Notes: generated from the sequence alone by a model not told the origin. Positions 14,166 through 30,900 are shown, counted from the first letter of the stretch. The stretch: 64,000 bases of DNA from Eledone cirrhosa (GCA_964016885.1 OZ024740.1:81468001-81532000); one strand, 5' to 3'. Made by a program: numbers and translations.

Positions 14166-14873
14166 TGTTGGCCTTATGCTTCAATCAGAAACCATTATTA
14201 CCTGTCAGGCTGCTTATTGACAATATGTCTTCTAGTCCAGTAATACAGTCCTATTAATATAATATATGTTATACTGACACATCAGATTTCTACGGCTGTG
14301 CACTTAATCCCTCATCTGTGTTATCATAATTAACTTATGAACTACCAAACAGTGTTGCATATTTAATTATCACTATCATTGGCTCTCTTTCAGATTTCTC
14401 CAGAGCATTAACTTCCCAACACCTCTGATTTTATCGAACCCACTCTTTCCACTTCTTTCTGTAGTTTTATTTACATTTTTCAAGGAACTAAAGGGTTCCT
14501 TATCAATATATAATTATTGATTTCCCAGAACTGGTGTTGTGGTGTGTACTTATCTTTATTTATGCTAGTATAATCTGATTTTGAAGCTTCATACAAATAG
14601 AACGTTCTTCAATATTTTACTGTGTTTTTATTTTCATTTACAGAAGAAAAAATTTCATACGGACTGAAACAAATAACATTTATGTGAATTTAATGCACAC
14701 ATGGGCAAATACACAAACACACATTTATATATATTGATTTAGAAATCTTGGAAATACGAAAGTGAAAACGTTCGTAAAAATGACACCAGCAATTATAACG
14801 TTTTATATTTCAATATCCTAGGATTAAAACTCCTTTTCCAGAGAAAATGGAATATGTGACGAGAAGTTGTATA

Positions 14874-17800
14874 TCTATATATATATAAGAGGATGTGTGC
14901 GTTAAGGTTTGTAACGGATTCACGTCCACAGTTTCAAACGGATTCTATTCAAAGTCGGGACAATTATTGCCTTTGGTCAGGAAAAGGTCATGAAGTAAAA
15001 ACATTTCAAATCCATCAACAATATGGGCAAAAATCGATCATGATCATTCTCCCTCTCTATAATTTAACTGTTTTACTCTCTCTATCGCTCTTCACTCCCT
15101 ATATGACAACACTGCAGTGGAGCGTTCCGTATTGACCGTTCCGTATTGACATACGGCTTATCTAGGGCATTTTCAATCGGCTTATTCCAAATAACAATCC
15201 GCAAAATAACACTTCATATAACAGATTAATGCTATAGACATATGAATCGGAATGTAACACGTGAACTTTTTCCTGGGCAAAATTATTCAAACAGACATGA
15301 ACTCATTGCCAGAGTGTTCAGACTGAAACTGGCTAAACTCATGGCTTTAATCAAAAAGGGATCAGGTATTTGGGGCTGTAAAATGTGACAAATTTACCGT
15401 CGAATGGCAAAAACGATGCCTGCCATATGCTCACATTTTGATTTGGATAGCTGATAAAATCAATTCAAATGCCATAGACAGCTTCATTTCGGCTGAAACC
15501 CTTAACCCAGCAACTGACCAGGAATTACATGCCATCGTCAAAGCTAACATGGTCCGTGTGTGTCAGTTCCTAATGAGCATCACACGTGTCTGAAAGGGGG
15601 GTCGTGCAGTAATGGATACCCCAAAGAATTTGTTGACCCGACTCAGACTGGTGGCGATGGGTACCCCCTGTACAGGCGGAGACGACCCGAGAGCGGTGGC
15701 TTCACCACGACAGTAAATGGAGGTCAAATCGACAATAGATAGGTGGTCCCTTACTGCCCGCTTCTCTTGAAGATGTTCAATGCCCACATCAACATTGAGT
15801 TTTGCAACTCCGTTAAGTCGATAAAATACATACGCCAATGTGTAAATAAGGGCTCTGATGCTGCAATGTTCGCATTTCAAGCTGAAAATAGCAGGACGAA
15901 GTCACAGAATACCTGTCGGGGCGGTACATCAGTAGCAATGAAGCTTTTTTGGTGCCTATTTGGTTTACCCCTACACCAACGGCAACCCCCCATCGTACAG
16001 CTTGCGGTACATTTGGAAAATGGGTAGACGGTTTACTTTACAGACCAAACCGCCGCTAAGCCGGCTGCCGATCCGAAAGAGACCACTCTGACGGGTTTCT
16101 TCAAACTTTGCCAGTTCGATACATTTGTGCAAATAATTGTGTACCCCCCAGGTTCCATCCAGCTTTATATTGTCGAAAAACATTTGGGTGCGAAGAAAGT
16201 CAAGTCAGGCTGTTGAAAGACACACTGGTGTAAAATTTGACAGCTGTCTTGGAACGGTTTACACTGTGTCCCCCAGGTCAGCATGGATGCTTTCATCTCC
16301 GCCTTCTTCTGCATGAAGTTGTAGGCCCACAAAGTTTTCAGGACTTTAAAACTGTTGATGGAGAAACATGTGATACGTACTGGGAAGCCTGCTTTAAGTG
16401 TGGTCTTTTGGAAGATGATTCGCAATGGCCTTCCACTTTAGCAGAGTGTGCTTTTTTTAAATCACCTAAAGATCTACGGGAAATATTTGCCATTTTGCTT
16501 CAAAACTGTGAATTGGGTGATCCCAAATCTTTATGGGTCAAGTACAGAGACTTCATGTCTGAGGACTTCCTGCGCCTGGCTCATCTGCAGTATCCTTCAG
16601 TGGAAGTTGGTTATAGCGACATTATCTACAACAGGGCACTCATTGATATCGAGGACGCCCTCCTCGACATGCGTGGGAGTGAGTTGGCGACGTATGGCTT
16701 GCCGTCAACCGTTAGAGAGGAAGCTAACACATTGACCCCGGATTTGGTGCGGGAAACAGCATATGACATCGAATCCCTTTCCCAATACTTAGGGGGAAAT
16801 GAGCACAAACTTCTGTCCAAAGATTGGCTTATTTAACTATCATTGACGCGGTTCAAAATCAGACTTGGGGTATTTACTTTCTCGATGCTCCTGGGGGTAC
16901 CGGAAACACTTTTGTAACGAAATTGATTCTCGCTAAGATTCGTCAGGAGAAAAGAATTGCGTCGGCCGTTGCATCGTCCAGGATCGATGCTACTTTGCTG
17001 CCGGGAGGCAGGACAGCACATTCAACCTTTAAACTCCCCTTGGATATAGTAAAAACTGAGACACCAACATGCAATATCAGCAAGAGTTCACACGAAGCTC
17101 TGGTTCTCAAAAAAACTGTTGTCTCATTGTTTGGGATCAGTGCACAATGGCACACAAGGGTGTCCTTGAGGCATTTGACAGGATCCTCAAAGTCATTAGG
17201 GAATCTACGGCTCCTATGGGTGGCGTAACCCTTCTGCTATCAGGGGATTTCGGCAAACGCTTCCTGTCATCTCCAAAGGGACAAGAGCTGATGAAATGCG
17301 TGCCTGCCTTAAGTCTTCCATGTTGTGGCTCCAGGTGAAGAGTTTGTACCTGAGCACAAATATGCGTGCTCATTTGCATGTGACAACATGTCTGCAGTAT
17401 TTGCTCAGAATATTTTAGCACTTGGTGAGGGCTAGGTCCCTGAGGGTGACAAGGGCGACATAGCAATCGACTCCCTGTGGAACATTGTGAACAGCCCTTC
17501 TGACCTTTGGGAAGTAGTTTTTCCTAATGTCTCAGCTAACTTTAAAAACCTCGATTGGCTCAGCGAAAGAGCCATCCTTGCTCCGAAAAATACCATGGTT
17601 AATTTTATTAACGAGCAGCTGATTGAGAAGATTCCCGGTAAAGAGCACATCTTCAAATCTATTGACCGGACGTTAGACTCCGACGATATCGTTAATTATC
17701 CGGTTGAGTTATTAAGTTCCCTTGAGAATCCAGAGCTCCCACCTCACATTCTTAAGCTTAGAGTTGGCTGTCCCATTATGCTAATAAGGAACTTGCGTCA

Positions 17801-18492
17801 ACCAAAGCAGTGCAACGGTACTCGCATGGTCGTCAAGTCACTGACGCCCCACTTGATTGAGGCCACCATTTTAACGGGGTGCGGGAGAGGGGAGAATATT
17901 TTCATTCCAAGGATGAACATTTTCCCCTCAGCGTCAGATATCCCGTTCGATTTCCGGCGATCCCAATTCCCAGTGAGACCATGTTTTGCCATGCCCATTA
18001 ACAAGTCACAAGGGCAAACATTGTCGGGGCGGGCATCCATTTGTGGGAGCCATGCTTGTCCCATGGCCAACTTTATGTTGCCTGTTCCCGCGTAGGGAGC
18101 AGGAATGGACTTTTTGCTTACACTCCTCAAGGGATGACACACAATATCGTCTACAAAGAGGTGTTATAGATGTTGGTGCATGGGTTGGAGGTGTTGGAAC
18201 TATGCCGTCTGGAAAACTATTTCCTGGTAGGGTCACCCATGGCGGACAGATCTGACACCCAGCGGCATCAGGGCCACCATCTTACAACTTTGGTCTACTA
18301 AATTCGCTATTGGAAGATTATTAACACATCATTGATTGTCCAAAATGCTAATTGGTTCGTAACTTTTAATAACCGGTTCAACTGCTTTATGCACTTAATT
18401 GATAAGCTTATTCGCTTTCAAGCCACGTTTACCTAAATGTAACTTTCCATAGCAAATGAACAAACCCGAGCAACGCCGGGCTAAACTGCTAG
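14874..18492 (+). mobile_element. Helitron 2, internally deleted, decayed
   Basis: 5' A^TCTATATATATATAAGAGG; 3' CCCGAGCAACGCCGGG hairpin (18465-18480) and GCTAG^T. Confidence 0.9.
15260..18170 (+). pseudogene. Helitron RepHel pseudogene lacking the N-terminal part
   Basis: GYPLYRRR, FNAHINIEFC, FLDAPGGTG, LLPGGRTAHSTFKLP, CNGTRM, INKSQGQTL; several frameshifts. Confidence 0.93.
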
Positions 18493-19013
18493 TTTTATAT
18501 ATGTATGCATGAGAATTACGAAAAGAAAGGATTCTCAATTCTTCACGCAGTGTATTAATATTTATTTATTGAATTGTTTATTCCCAAAATTCAATGATTT
18601 GTGTCAATTTAATTATTTCGATTATCATGTCTCTCATAATCATAGAGTAACACTGGTTAAGGTTAACAACATACAATCTCACATACTTGTGAAAAATATA
18701 TGTTTATATATGTATACACATATATTTGTATACCTCTCATTATTGTCTCTAACTCCCTCACGGTAGAGTAACCACGAAAGTATAGTTACTGCTTTCAAGC
18801 AAACACTATATACACTTCTAGTCAACTTTACCACCCTTCTGTAGCCTATGTATCATATCAGTATCTCCCTCCGCCTTCTGAGATATTTTCGCTGCTACAA
18901 GGGATTAATCCCCTTTCTTGACCGGTATATCACGTGATAGAGTCTCCCTCCGCCTTTCTGAGATTTTCTCGAATGCTACGGATGTCTGTAGCTAGGGCTC
19001 TTCCCTGAAGTGC

Positions 19014-19096
19014 TCTCTTGATAAGCTGGCTTACAATGTTACATATCTATGATATTGCATTTTTACATAGTGACCAGCGAAACTGTACAGTCGGGA
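19014..19096 (+). ncRNA. Hammerhead ribozyme with U3-A8 core variant
   Basis: TCTC-TTGATAA-GCTGG...CCAGC-GAA-ACTGTACAGT-C-GGGA; GUC triplet, palindromic stem III. Confidence 0.72.
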
Positions 19097-19168
19097 CTAA
19101 ATAAAAAAATAGGTATATTGTATATATTATTCCTTTTTATAATATTTTATATATATATATACATATAC

Positions 19169-19316
<148 letters not shown>

Positions 19317-19959
19317 GAGAGGGGGAAGAAAAAGAGTAAGAGATTGTATAGTAGTCCGATAGCTTCACGTAGGCAGATAGATATGAAATAGACATGGCGG
19401 TCGATGCATAGACAGTTGTGCATATTAATAAATGGTATTGATTTTAATGACCGAAGATGGGCAGATACCTATAGATAGCAGCAGTTTAACAGAAACCTGC
19501 AGGTAAATATTGTGATAAAAATTAGATGTTGTGAAAGGGATTACCGTTTTTCCGGTCAAAGGTAGCATAAAAATCGTTCTCCTGTGCTTCTTATGGATTG
19601 TTCTGATGATTTCCGTTTATAAAAACTCATGTGTCCTTGTATTGTTCTTCACCGCTGATTTCATTGAATACTGGGGGGGGAAAAAAGCAAAAAAATAAAT
19701 TGGAGCTATACTAGGTTCACCTTTGCACATCCACGTTACTGGGTTAGGAATTTGAACTCTCATAACAAAGAGTAAGATAAGACGCCAGGAATCATCTCAG
19801 CTGATGGTCAAACAATATCGCATGTAGTCTACCCTGTACAGGTAATTTATTTATCGTCTCTGGAAGGATGCAACCTAAATATGGCCTAAACATGATCTTA
19901 ACTTAGAGACAACAAGGCCCGTACAAATACATCTTATTTTTGTATCTTCGAAGCATGTG

Positions 19960-20260
19960 GTTATACGACAGTTTCCCATTTCTTTACACAGTCCTTTGCA
20001 TTATTATTAAATTCTGCGAGATATTTTAAGTTGCTCTGGTTGGGTAGTAGAGGGCAATCAAGGCAGCGCTGCATCGTATGGTCCTCCTCTCCGCATCGCA
20101 GATGGCTGGGCCGGTCTTGTAGCCCTATCTGGCCAGAGCAGCTTTTAATCGCCCCATTCCTGTTGTCAGGTGGTTGAGTGTCTTCCACTTGACCCATGGT
20201 GTTTCTGAGCCAGGAGGGATGGCTTCAGAAGGGGGGATTCCCATGTCAATAGGAGGGGAG
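19960..20260 (-). mobile_element. Ingi/Vingi-like LINE 3' fragment
   Basis: PWVKWKTLNHLTTG and RCGEEDHTMQRCLDCPLLP resemble the C-terminal zinc knuckle of I-group elements. Confidence 0.5.
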
Positions 20261-22051
20261 TCATTTAATCCAAAGCTCTACGGACTGCGAAACCGCTTCA
20301 TGTATATAAAATATTCGCACCCAGTATTTATAGTTTTTCTTCAGTTAATTTACACATTAGCCTAAGCATCAAACCTATGCTGTTATTGCTAGATAATCCT
20401 CGAATTGTATTAATGTATGTACCTTTAAATTTAGATTGAAATTGTGTATGCACTTTACTGTACTAAATAACTAGGCCAACATGAATGAATTTGACACTAA
20501 TAGTAAACTAAATTTGCATACGTTTTCTGTTGGTACACGCCTCATTAATGTCATGAGTATGTTTATGCATTGTGTATTCATACATTTTTAAAAAAGAAAC
20601 GAGTCTACTTCTCTGTAAATACGATGTATAAGGCTTCGACCTTGTACAGCTGATTCTAAGTGGGTTAAATCTACATTACATTGTGTTGATTCATATAATA
20701 ATAGGATCCTAAATGTTACGGGTTTCACTAGGAGATATTGCAAGAGTATCTCCTAGTCATCTTTTTCACAGAAGTTAGGAATATATAAGACTATGTTTCA
20801 ACTCTTATCTGTATTCGGTGATGCACCCTGCCCTAGTATATAATCACGCAAAAAAAAAAAAAGAAAATGAATTCAAATTGCAGACATTTCAATTTTATTT
20901 TCAAAGTTGTTTTTCTATGTGTGTATATATATATGTGCTCATGTATGCAAGTGGCTATACACGCTGTTACAGAAATATATATATATATGTCCTGGAAAAT
21001 GTGTTGTGTTTTAGCTATAGCACTTATGGTTCGAGTTGGTTTCCATCCAATTAGTTTGTATAAGGTTCTATATGCGGTAGCAATGTTTACGTTTCTCTGA
21101 AATGATTCTACCAGAAAACAACACGCGAGACATGAAAGGGATTATACGTTTGCCTTGTTTGTAATGATTAATTTAACCATATTCATTGACGATGTTGATC
21201 TTAATGTAATCTCCGGTAATTGTTATAATTAGAAATCTTTCTGTGAAACCATTTACAACTCAAAATGGTTGTGACTGAACAACATATTTTGATTCATTTC
21301 ACTATTTTCCGTATAACTTTAAGACTATTCTGTCTTCGATCGTTAATCTGTTCTTAGTCATTAATGAAATTTGACATATTTTTTGCTTTCGAAGTATGTT
21401 CCTCCAGAAATAGTGCCTTAGGTACACAAACAAATAAACAGACACGCACACACACACACACGCACTCACACACACCGCATCCCCTCACACACTCACACAT
21501 ACACATATATGTATATATTTGTTTTCACTACAAAGATTCAAATAATTTTAGGTACGGGTTATTTAATAATACCAATAATTTGAACTAAATGATAGTTGTA
21601 TTTCTTGTGTTCTATCAGAATAATTCGACATGAACGTTTTTCTTATATGCACTTTTTTGTTTCTTCATTAATTTTATAGTACGTATTGCGTAAGGTCACA
21701 TAATTTTGATTCACAGCCAATATGTCTAATTAAGAGCTATTTCTGTAAAGATATTTACGATTAAGTCTGTCGATGATGGCATAAAATGTTTACGTTAATT
21801 ATTGTTACTTTCCTTAAATTTTAGACTATTTTGAATTCGACCTTTAGCCGCTAAACGAAATAAATTTGGCGCGTCCAATATGTTATTTCCACTTACCAGC
21901 ACACTTAAAGCACACATACACACACGAACACACGTGCACACAAGTTCACACACATGCATACACAAACACACGCGCGCACGTACACACACACGCACACACA
22001 CACACATACACACACACACATATATATATATATAATTCTTTCTACTTTTCT

Positions 22052-22180
22052 CACAAGGCCAGCAATTTGGAGGACAGAACAATTTGATTAAATGCATTAA
22101 TTGCATGACTGGTACTTTATTTTTTGGACCCTATACTAATGAAAAGGAAAGCCAATCTCGGCGGAATTTGAACACAGAAA
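22052..22180 (-). mobile_element. Octopus-type SINE fragment
   Basis: CACAAGGCCAGCAAT...ACTGGTACTTTATTT...TCGGCGGAATTTGAAC; homologous pieces at 54248, 57952, 63262. Confidence 0.6.
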
Positions 22181-22215
22181 CATAACCCCCCCCACACACA
22201 CACACACACACACAG

Positions 22216-23058
<843 letters not shown>

Positions 23059-23590
23059 AATATATATATATATATATATATATAGGCTCGTTCGACATAC
23101 ACACTATTATATCGTCGGTAGTTTATGTCTACTTTTTTTGTTTTATTTCGGCGATATCGTGTAAATATTTCATTCCATTTTGTGGATAAGGAAACTGCCC
23201 AGAAACCCAGAAAATATATCTGTCACAGTGCAACGAGGAAAGTACTTTTTACACGATTCCGATTTTTTTTCAAACTGAATAATGCTCTCACAAATCTGTG
23301 CTTTGTTTTAAATGTGATGAAACGAAAGACGAGAAAATACAAATTAACTCTACCTGAATGTATATAACATCCCTTCCTACAACTTTGAACGGATGAGAAG
23401 ACAAAAATCTGTATATAGCGTGACACCAGTGATAGTGAATTAATCAGAGCTAAGGTACACTAATATCTAGAACAACAGCAACAACAGCAACATCATCAAC
23501 TACACGATAAATGAGCCAAACAACACATTCTTGACAACGTGTTATTGTGTGAGTGGATAGGTATATATATGTATATATATATATATAAAT

Positions 23591-23774
23591 ATCGCCGTAT
23601 TTTGACTAAAGAAATTATAGAAATTATTTAGCCTGATAGTGGGGTTAAGAACCCTCGGAGAAATGAAAAAAGATGAGTCGTCAATACTCATCTTTTTCCA
23701 ATTCTCCGAGGGTTCTTAACCCCACTATCAGGCTAAATAATTTCTTTAATTTCTTTATTCAAAATACGGCGATA
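23591..23774. repeat. Inverted repeat, ~88-bp arms, 9-nt spacer
   Basis: ATCGCCGTATTT...AAAAAGATGAG / CTCATCTTTTT...AAATACGGCGAT; shares motifs with 61925-62295. Confidence 0.85.
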
Positions 23775-23826
23775 ACTTATATTTCTAATTATTTCAAACC
23801 CACTCGCTGTTTCGAAAATATTCTTA

Positions 23827-24425
<599 letters not shown>

Positions 24426-24464
24426 ACAGACACATTAACATACACACACACACACACACACGCG

Positions 24465-24556
<92 letters not shown>

Positions 24557-24558
<2 letters not shown>

Positions 24559-24744
24559 AACCAGTAAGACCCCGACACTGAGCTCACGCCGTTTCGACGG
24601 CTAATTCTGAACAGAATTAGCCGTCGAAACGGCTTGAGCTCAGCTGTCGGGGTCTTACTCGTTCCTATTACCCACTCTACTACCTCAAGTATTGAGTACG
24701 TTGGTGCGTTATGGTCCACCTGGTTCCTTACCACATTTCCTTCG

Positions 24745-24745
<1 letters not shown>
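24557..24745. repeat. Fold-back palindrome containing the 3' half of a hammerhead, plus tail
   Basis: Arms 24557-24610 and 24612-24666; right arm GTC-GAA-ACGGCT TGAGCTC AGCTGT-C-GGGG; no CTGANGA. Confidence 0.7.
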
Positions 24746-24813
<68 letters not shown>

Positions 24814-24880
24814 AAAGTATATACACATATATACTTTTATAAAAGTATAAAAGTATATACACCATATATACTTTATATAC

Positions 24881-24981
<101 letters not shown>

Positions 24982-25020
24982 ATAAATATATATATATATA
25001 TATACGCACACACATTTATG

Positions 25021-25104
<84 letters not shown>

Positions 25105-25283
25105 CACATATACATATATATATGTATATATATATATATATAAATATATATATATACACACATATATATATACATATATATATATACACATATATATACA
25201 TATATATACATATATATACATATACATACATATATACATATACACATATACACATATATATATATACATATATATATATATAC

Positions 25284-25356
<73 letters not shown>

Positions 25357-25373
25357 CATACATATATACACAC

Positions 25374-25416
<43 letters not shown>

Positions 25417-26419
25417 TATATATATACACACACATACACAGAAGAGAGGAACCAACCAGAAGCTACCCCGGAAATTCCCTCTACCATGGGGATGGAAACC
25501 CCTTACACTGGACGGACATAATAGTAACTTTGGGCAGGATAAATACGCGGAAACAAATAATAGGATAAACCCCTATTTTCCTGCACCAAATCGCATTTGA
25601 ACAGAACCCCCCTCAATTCAATCTTTACATGGACAGATTGACTATCATATGGATCATTTTGCATATATGTACTCTGTGTTTTTGCATTTATTCACTATTG
25701 GTTCTGTTCTTTTCTTTTGTGTACTTTATGTCTGTTTTTCTTTGATTTTGTTCCATGTGATGGAAATTATGACTGTGTACCAGATTGACTAATGCCTAGA
25801 GCCCTGTAGTTTGCCCTCAGTTATAATGTACGGCACTGTCGTTCAATATGTAGATAGAGTAACTGTGACACTAGAATCCCTCTCAGAACATATTACTTAA
25901 ACATCTCTCTCCATATTATTTACTCACTTCAGTCTATATTTTTACTCACCTCAATCCGAATTATCACCTGAAAAGAATTTTTTTCAAATTCTTTAATTTC
26001 TAATTGTTAATTTCTTAATTGTTTAATTTATAATTTCTGATATTTGATTTAGGATTTTAATCTTTATTTCCAACTCTCACTCTTAACTTCCAACGTAAAA
26101 CCATGATACCTAGAATTAAGTTTATTTTCCCTTATAAGGTGATGGTCTGTCGTACCCTCAACGCTTAGTGAGGGATATTATTATGATCTGTAAAAACTAA
26201 CACTCTCCCATCCCCTCTGGCTCTCGGCTGACTGCCACAGCCGTGATGGGTTGCAGTAAGATATGGTACAGGCATTGGTGGGCCATTGTTTTGACTGAGA
26301 GGGTGAACTGACTAAGCGAATTTCGTTGAAATCTGCGGTGGCTAATGGTCAACTTCCTTCGGACATGCGCTTGCGTAGGCCAGTGGGGGTGAATTGGTAC
26401 TCACAAGGGAGAGCATGAA

Positions 26420-26985
26420 AAACCCGAAAACACGCAATTCATCCGTTCCCATGTCGATCCAATTTGGATTGCCTCGGTAACATAACTTATTATGTAACAA
26501 GCTGTCTGATGATGACACGAAACTCGCACACAGAACAGTGGTCTCAGAGAGCTACGAAATTTTATTCGCCAATGGCCCGCTACTGAACAAACTCTGTGAA
26601 TACTGGACAAAGACTTTGCAACTTCCAAATAACTTAAGCCAGTGTTAATGCCCGATGGCTAAAAACCACTTCGCCATTTTTTAACCGCCAGCCGACAAAA
26701 TAGGCCCTCTACCTCCTTCCCACCCCACCCTTACCTCTCCTCAACCTGAGACACGGCACTATGGTTATGTAAGTACCTCTTACCTATCCGCATTTTCTGC
26801 CTGTAGAGCTGTTCCTATGTGCCTGTGTATATGCGTATATTTATGAGTAGGTGTTTGTATGTATTTGTATGAGTGGCCGTTCGTTTGTATGCATATCGCT
26901 GTGTGTACGTGCGTTCATATATACCTGCATATGGGCATGTTTGTGTATATTTGTGTAAATATATATATATATATATATAAATATG

Positions 26986-27051
<66 letters not shown>

Positions 27052-27089
27052 TATATGTATATGTGTATATATGTATATATTTGTACGTG

Positions 27090-27120
<31 letters not shown>

Positions 27121-27123
27121 GTA

Positions 27124-27160
<37 letters not shown>

Positions 27161-27363
27161 ATGTATATGTATATTTATGTATATGTTTATGTGTATATAT
27201 ATATATGTATGTATATATATATATATGTATATATATGTGTGTATATATGTATATATATATATGCGTGTATGTGTATGTATGTGTGTATGTATATACATAT
27301 ATATATATGTATATTTGTATATATGTATATGTGTATACATATATGTATATATATGTACATATG

Positions 27364-27462
<99 letters not shown>

Positions 27463-27473
27463 ATATAAGTGTA

Positions 27474-27530
<57 letters not shown>

Positions 27531-28938
27531 GTGTATGTGTGTGTATATATATGTGTATGTGTTTGTGTGTATATATATGTAAAAGGTTAACCGCAGAACC
27601 ACCGATGGGTTTCGGAGAAACTTAAGCTCATTGTTCCGTAATCTAGGAGTTAGTATAACTAGAGAATCTAATATGACTAGGGCCAGATACTTTCTTCTAT
27701 TAGCCCTAGATACTTCCTTCTATTAGCCCTAATGAGTCCCTTAGATATATTAATGTTTATTCTAACCACCCCCAAAACATGACTGATAACTTCGTATAAG
27801 CGTCTCTATTAGAATCTCTGGTCTCTCTGCCAACAAAGATATTTTAACGCCTCTGCCTCCTACTACAATAACGCCCTCGCCCGCAGCGGATTTAAAGTAA
27901 AGATAACCTACCTAAAACTACCGCAAATCTCCATTGGAGGAATAGGCATATGCAGATTAGCTGGTGCAACCCTCCCTTCAATAGAGAGGTCTCGACACCT
28001 ATAGCTAGGATTTTCTTGACTTTGCTGAACACACACTTCCCTATAAAACATAGGTACTACACCATCTTTAATAAGAACACAATAAGACTCTCCTACTCCA
28101 CTACACCTAACCTAGCTAGGAATATAGCCAATCACAATTTTAAAGAATTAAATAAGCCAACGACCTCCGAACTCAATCCCGGGACTGGGGCCTTGTGTAA
28201 TTGCCTAAATAAGGAAGCCTGCCCACTTGAAAACAAATGCCTGACAAATGATATCGTATACAAATGCGATGTCATCTCAGGCACCGATGATTGCAACAAC
28301 AAAAAGTCCTACATCGGCATGACTTCCAATAACTTTAAGACCCGGTGGTATGCCCATACCCACTCCTTCAGTAGACCGGACAAATCAAATCAAACAACAC
28401 TCGACTCCTATGTTTGGGACCTCAAAAGGAACTCCACCCCTTCAAGCTTAAGTGGAAAATACTCTAGAAAGCGCGCTCATACAACGGAGGATACAAGTGC
28501 TACGACCTTTGTATCTCAGGGTGCTACCAAATTTTGTTCGCCAAGGACCCGCTACTTTACAAACTCTCTGAACACTACCCAAATTACATGCACAAACACT
28601 TTGCAATTTTCAGATACCTTAAGCCAGTGTTAATGCCCGATGGCTAAAAACGACATCGCCTTTTTTTTATTTAACGCCAGCCGACAAAATAGCCGCTCTG
28701 CCTCCTTCCAACGCTACCCCTACGCCTCCTCAACCTGAAACACGGCACTATGGTTATGTAATTACCTCTTACCTATCTGCATTTTCTGAATGTAGAGCTC
28801 TTTCTATGTGCCTGTGTATATGCGTATATTTATGAGCAAATATTTGTATGTATTTGTATGAGTGGCCGTTCGTGTGTATGCATATCGCTGTGTGTACGTG
28901 CGATTATATGTACCTGCATATGGGCATGTTTGTGTATT

Positions 28939-28950
<12 letters not shown>
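26420..28950 (+). mobile_element. Tandem PLE (probably Hydra clade) with direct pseudo-LTRs
   Basis: Direct repeats ~26636-26960 and 28620-28950; microsatellite expanded inside the upstream copy. Confidence 0.8.
27770..28633 (+). pseudogene. PLE RT thumb, linker and GIY-YIG endonuclease remnant
   Basis: WCNPPF, CNCLNKEACP (CxCx5C), IVYKC, YIGMTSNNFKTRWYAH. Confidence 0.88.
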
Positions 28951-28972
<22 letters not shown>

Positions 28973-28982
28973 AATGTATCTA

Positions 28983-29093
<111 letters not shown>

Positions 29094-29427
29094 ATGTGTA
29101 TATATATATATATGTATATGTGTATATATGTATATATTTGTATGTGTATGTATGTATGTATATGTGTATGTATATATATGTATATATATATGTATGTATC
29201 TATAAATATATATATATGTAGGTGTATGTATATGTATATTTATGTATATGTGTATGTGTATATATGTATATATATTTATGTGTATTTATGTATATATATA
29301 TATGTATATATATATGTGTGTGTATATATGTGTATGTGTGTGTATATGTATATATATGTATATAAATATATATATGTATACATATGTGTATGTGTGTGTA
29401 TATATATGTGTATATATGTGTATATAC

Positions 29428-29463
<36 letters not shown>

Positions 29464-29496
29464 ATATGTGTATGTATATATATGTATGTGTATATG

Positions 29497-29529
<33 letters not shown>

Positions 29530-29679
29530 ATATGTGTATGTATATATATATATATATGTGTATATGTATATATATATATATATATATGTGTGTGTATATA
29601 TATATGTATATGTATATATATGCGTATGTGTGTATATATGTGTGTGTATATATATATATATTTACGCATATGCATAAAT

Positions 29680-30055
29680 CTAATAGAAGATTCAACATTC
29701 CATTTTAAACAAGGACAGCGTTTCACAGTTAAACATAACTTTACATGTGCATCTGAAATCCTAATGTATGTCTTGACCTGCTCAGGTTGTCAAGAGCTCT
29801 ACATAGGACAGACAAATAAGACCCTCCGTCAACGTATGACCGTCCATAAATCACAAATTAAAATACAGGAATACAGAAATATTGCATTTAGTGAACATAT
29901 CGCCAATTGTGCTCACAACCAACATCCAAACTTTAAAATTTTCCCCATTTACAAATGCATAGACAACGTTACTTTCATCCAAATGTACCAATAAGGAAAT
30001 ATATTTCATTAACAAATTCAAACCCCTAATTAATGCTCTAAAAATCGGACCAATC
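29680..30055 (+). pseudogene. PLE GIY-YIG endonuclease fragment (Neptune-like)
   Basis: HNFTC...[28 protein letters not shown]. Confidence 0.85.
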
Positions 30056-30771
30056 TAAAACTGCAACAAACAATCAAACATTTACAAGAGTTACCTAGAT
30101 CACACCCTACCTATTCCTTTTTATTAAATAAATTAAATATTATCCAGCAAGAATTGCTTCCCCCTGCTTATTAACTCTATAAAACGGGAAATCATATCAA
30201 ACCTCACTCCAGCATTTGCCTCCATCATGGAATCATGGATCAACTAAGCACTCTTGCTATATTAACACATTTTGATCTGCTTAACTTCAATAACTATGGT
30301 TTTAAATAACATTATTTTTTCTTCCACATTGACTTTTTATGCTCTACATTGTGGCCGTTTTTTTTCTGTTTTTCTTTTTTCTTTTCACTTCCTAAACCTT
30401 GTTTGTAAATAGCATTATTCTTTCTGCACCTTCTGTTTAACATGTGCGACACCACACTAATACATTTCACTATCATTTGATAATGCATAAACATGCTGAA
30501 ACCAGTAATAGACAATAATTAAATATATAAATAAATAAATGTTAAATAATAAATGTTAAATAATACATGTTAAATAATAAATAAATCAACCAATACGTTA
30601 ACACTTCACACAAAGTAAAACATTTCGTTTTAATACTCTTCTAACCCAGTAAAACAGTAAAAAGAGAGAGAGAAACAAGAAAGGACAAAAAATATATTTT
30701 TCTTCCTAATAATCGTCACTCTCTCCCTGTCTTCATATACATAATTATATATATATATGTCTGTGTATATG

Positions 30772-30836
<65 letters not shown>

Positions 30837-30839
30837 TTT

Positions 30840-30900
<61 letters not shown>

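Noticed and set aside
26505-26540. CTGATGA-tgacac-GAAAC hammerhead-like core
   Set aside because: Stem II cannot form and there is no UH triplet or stem III
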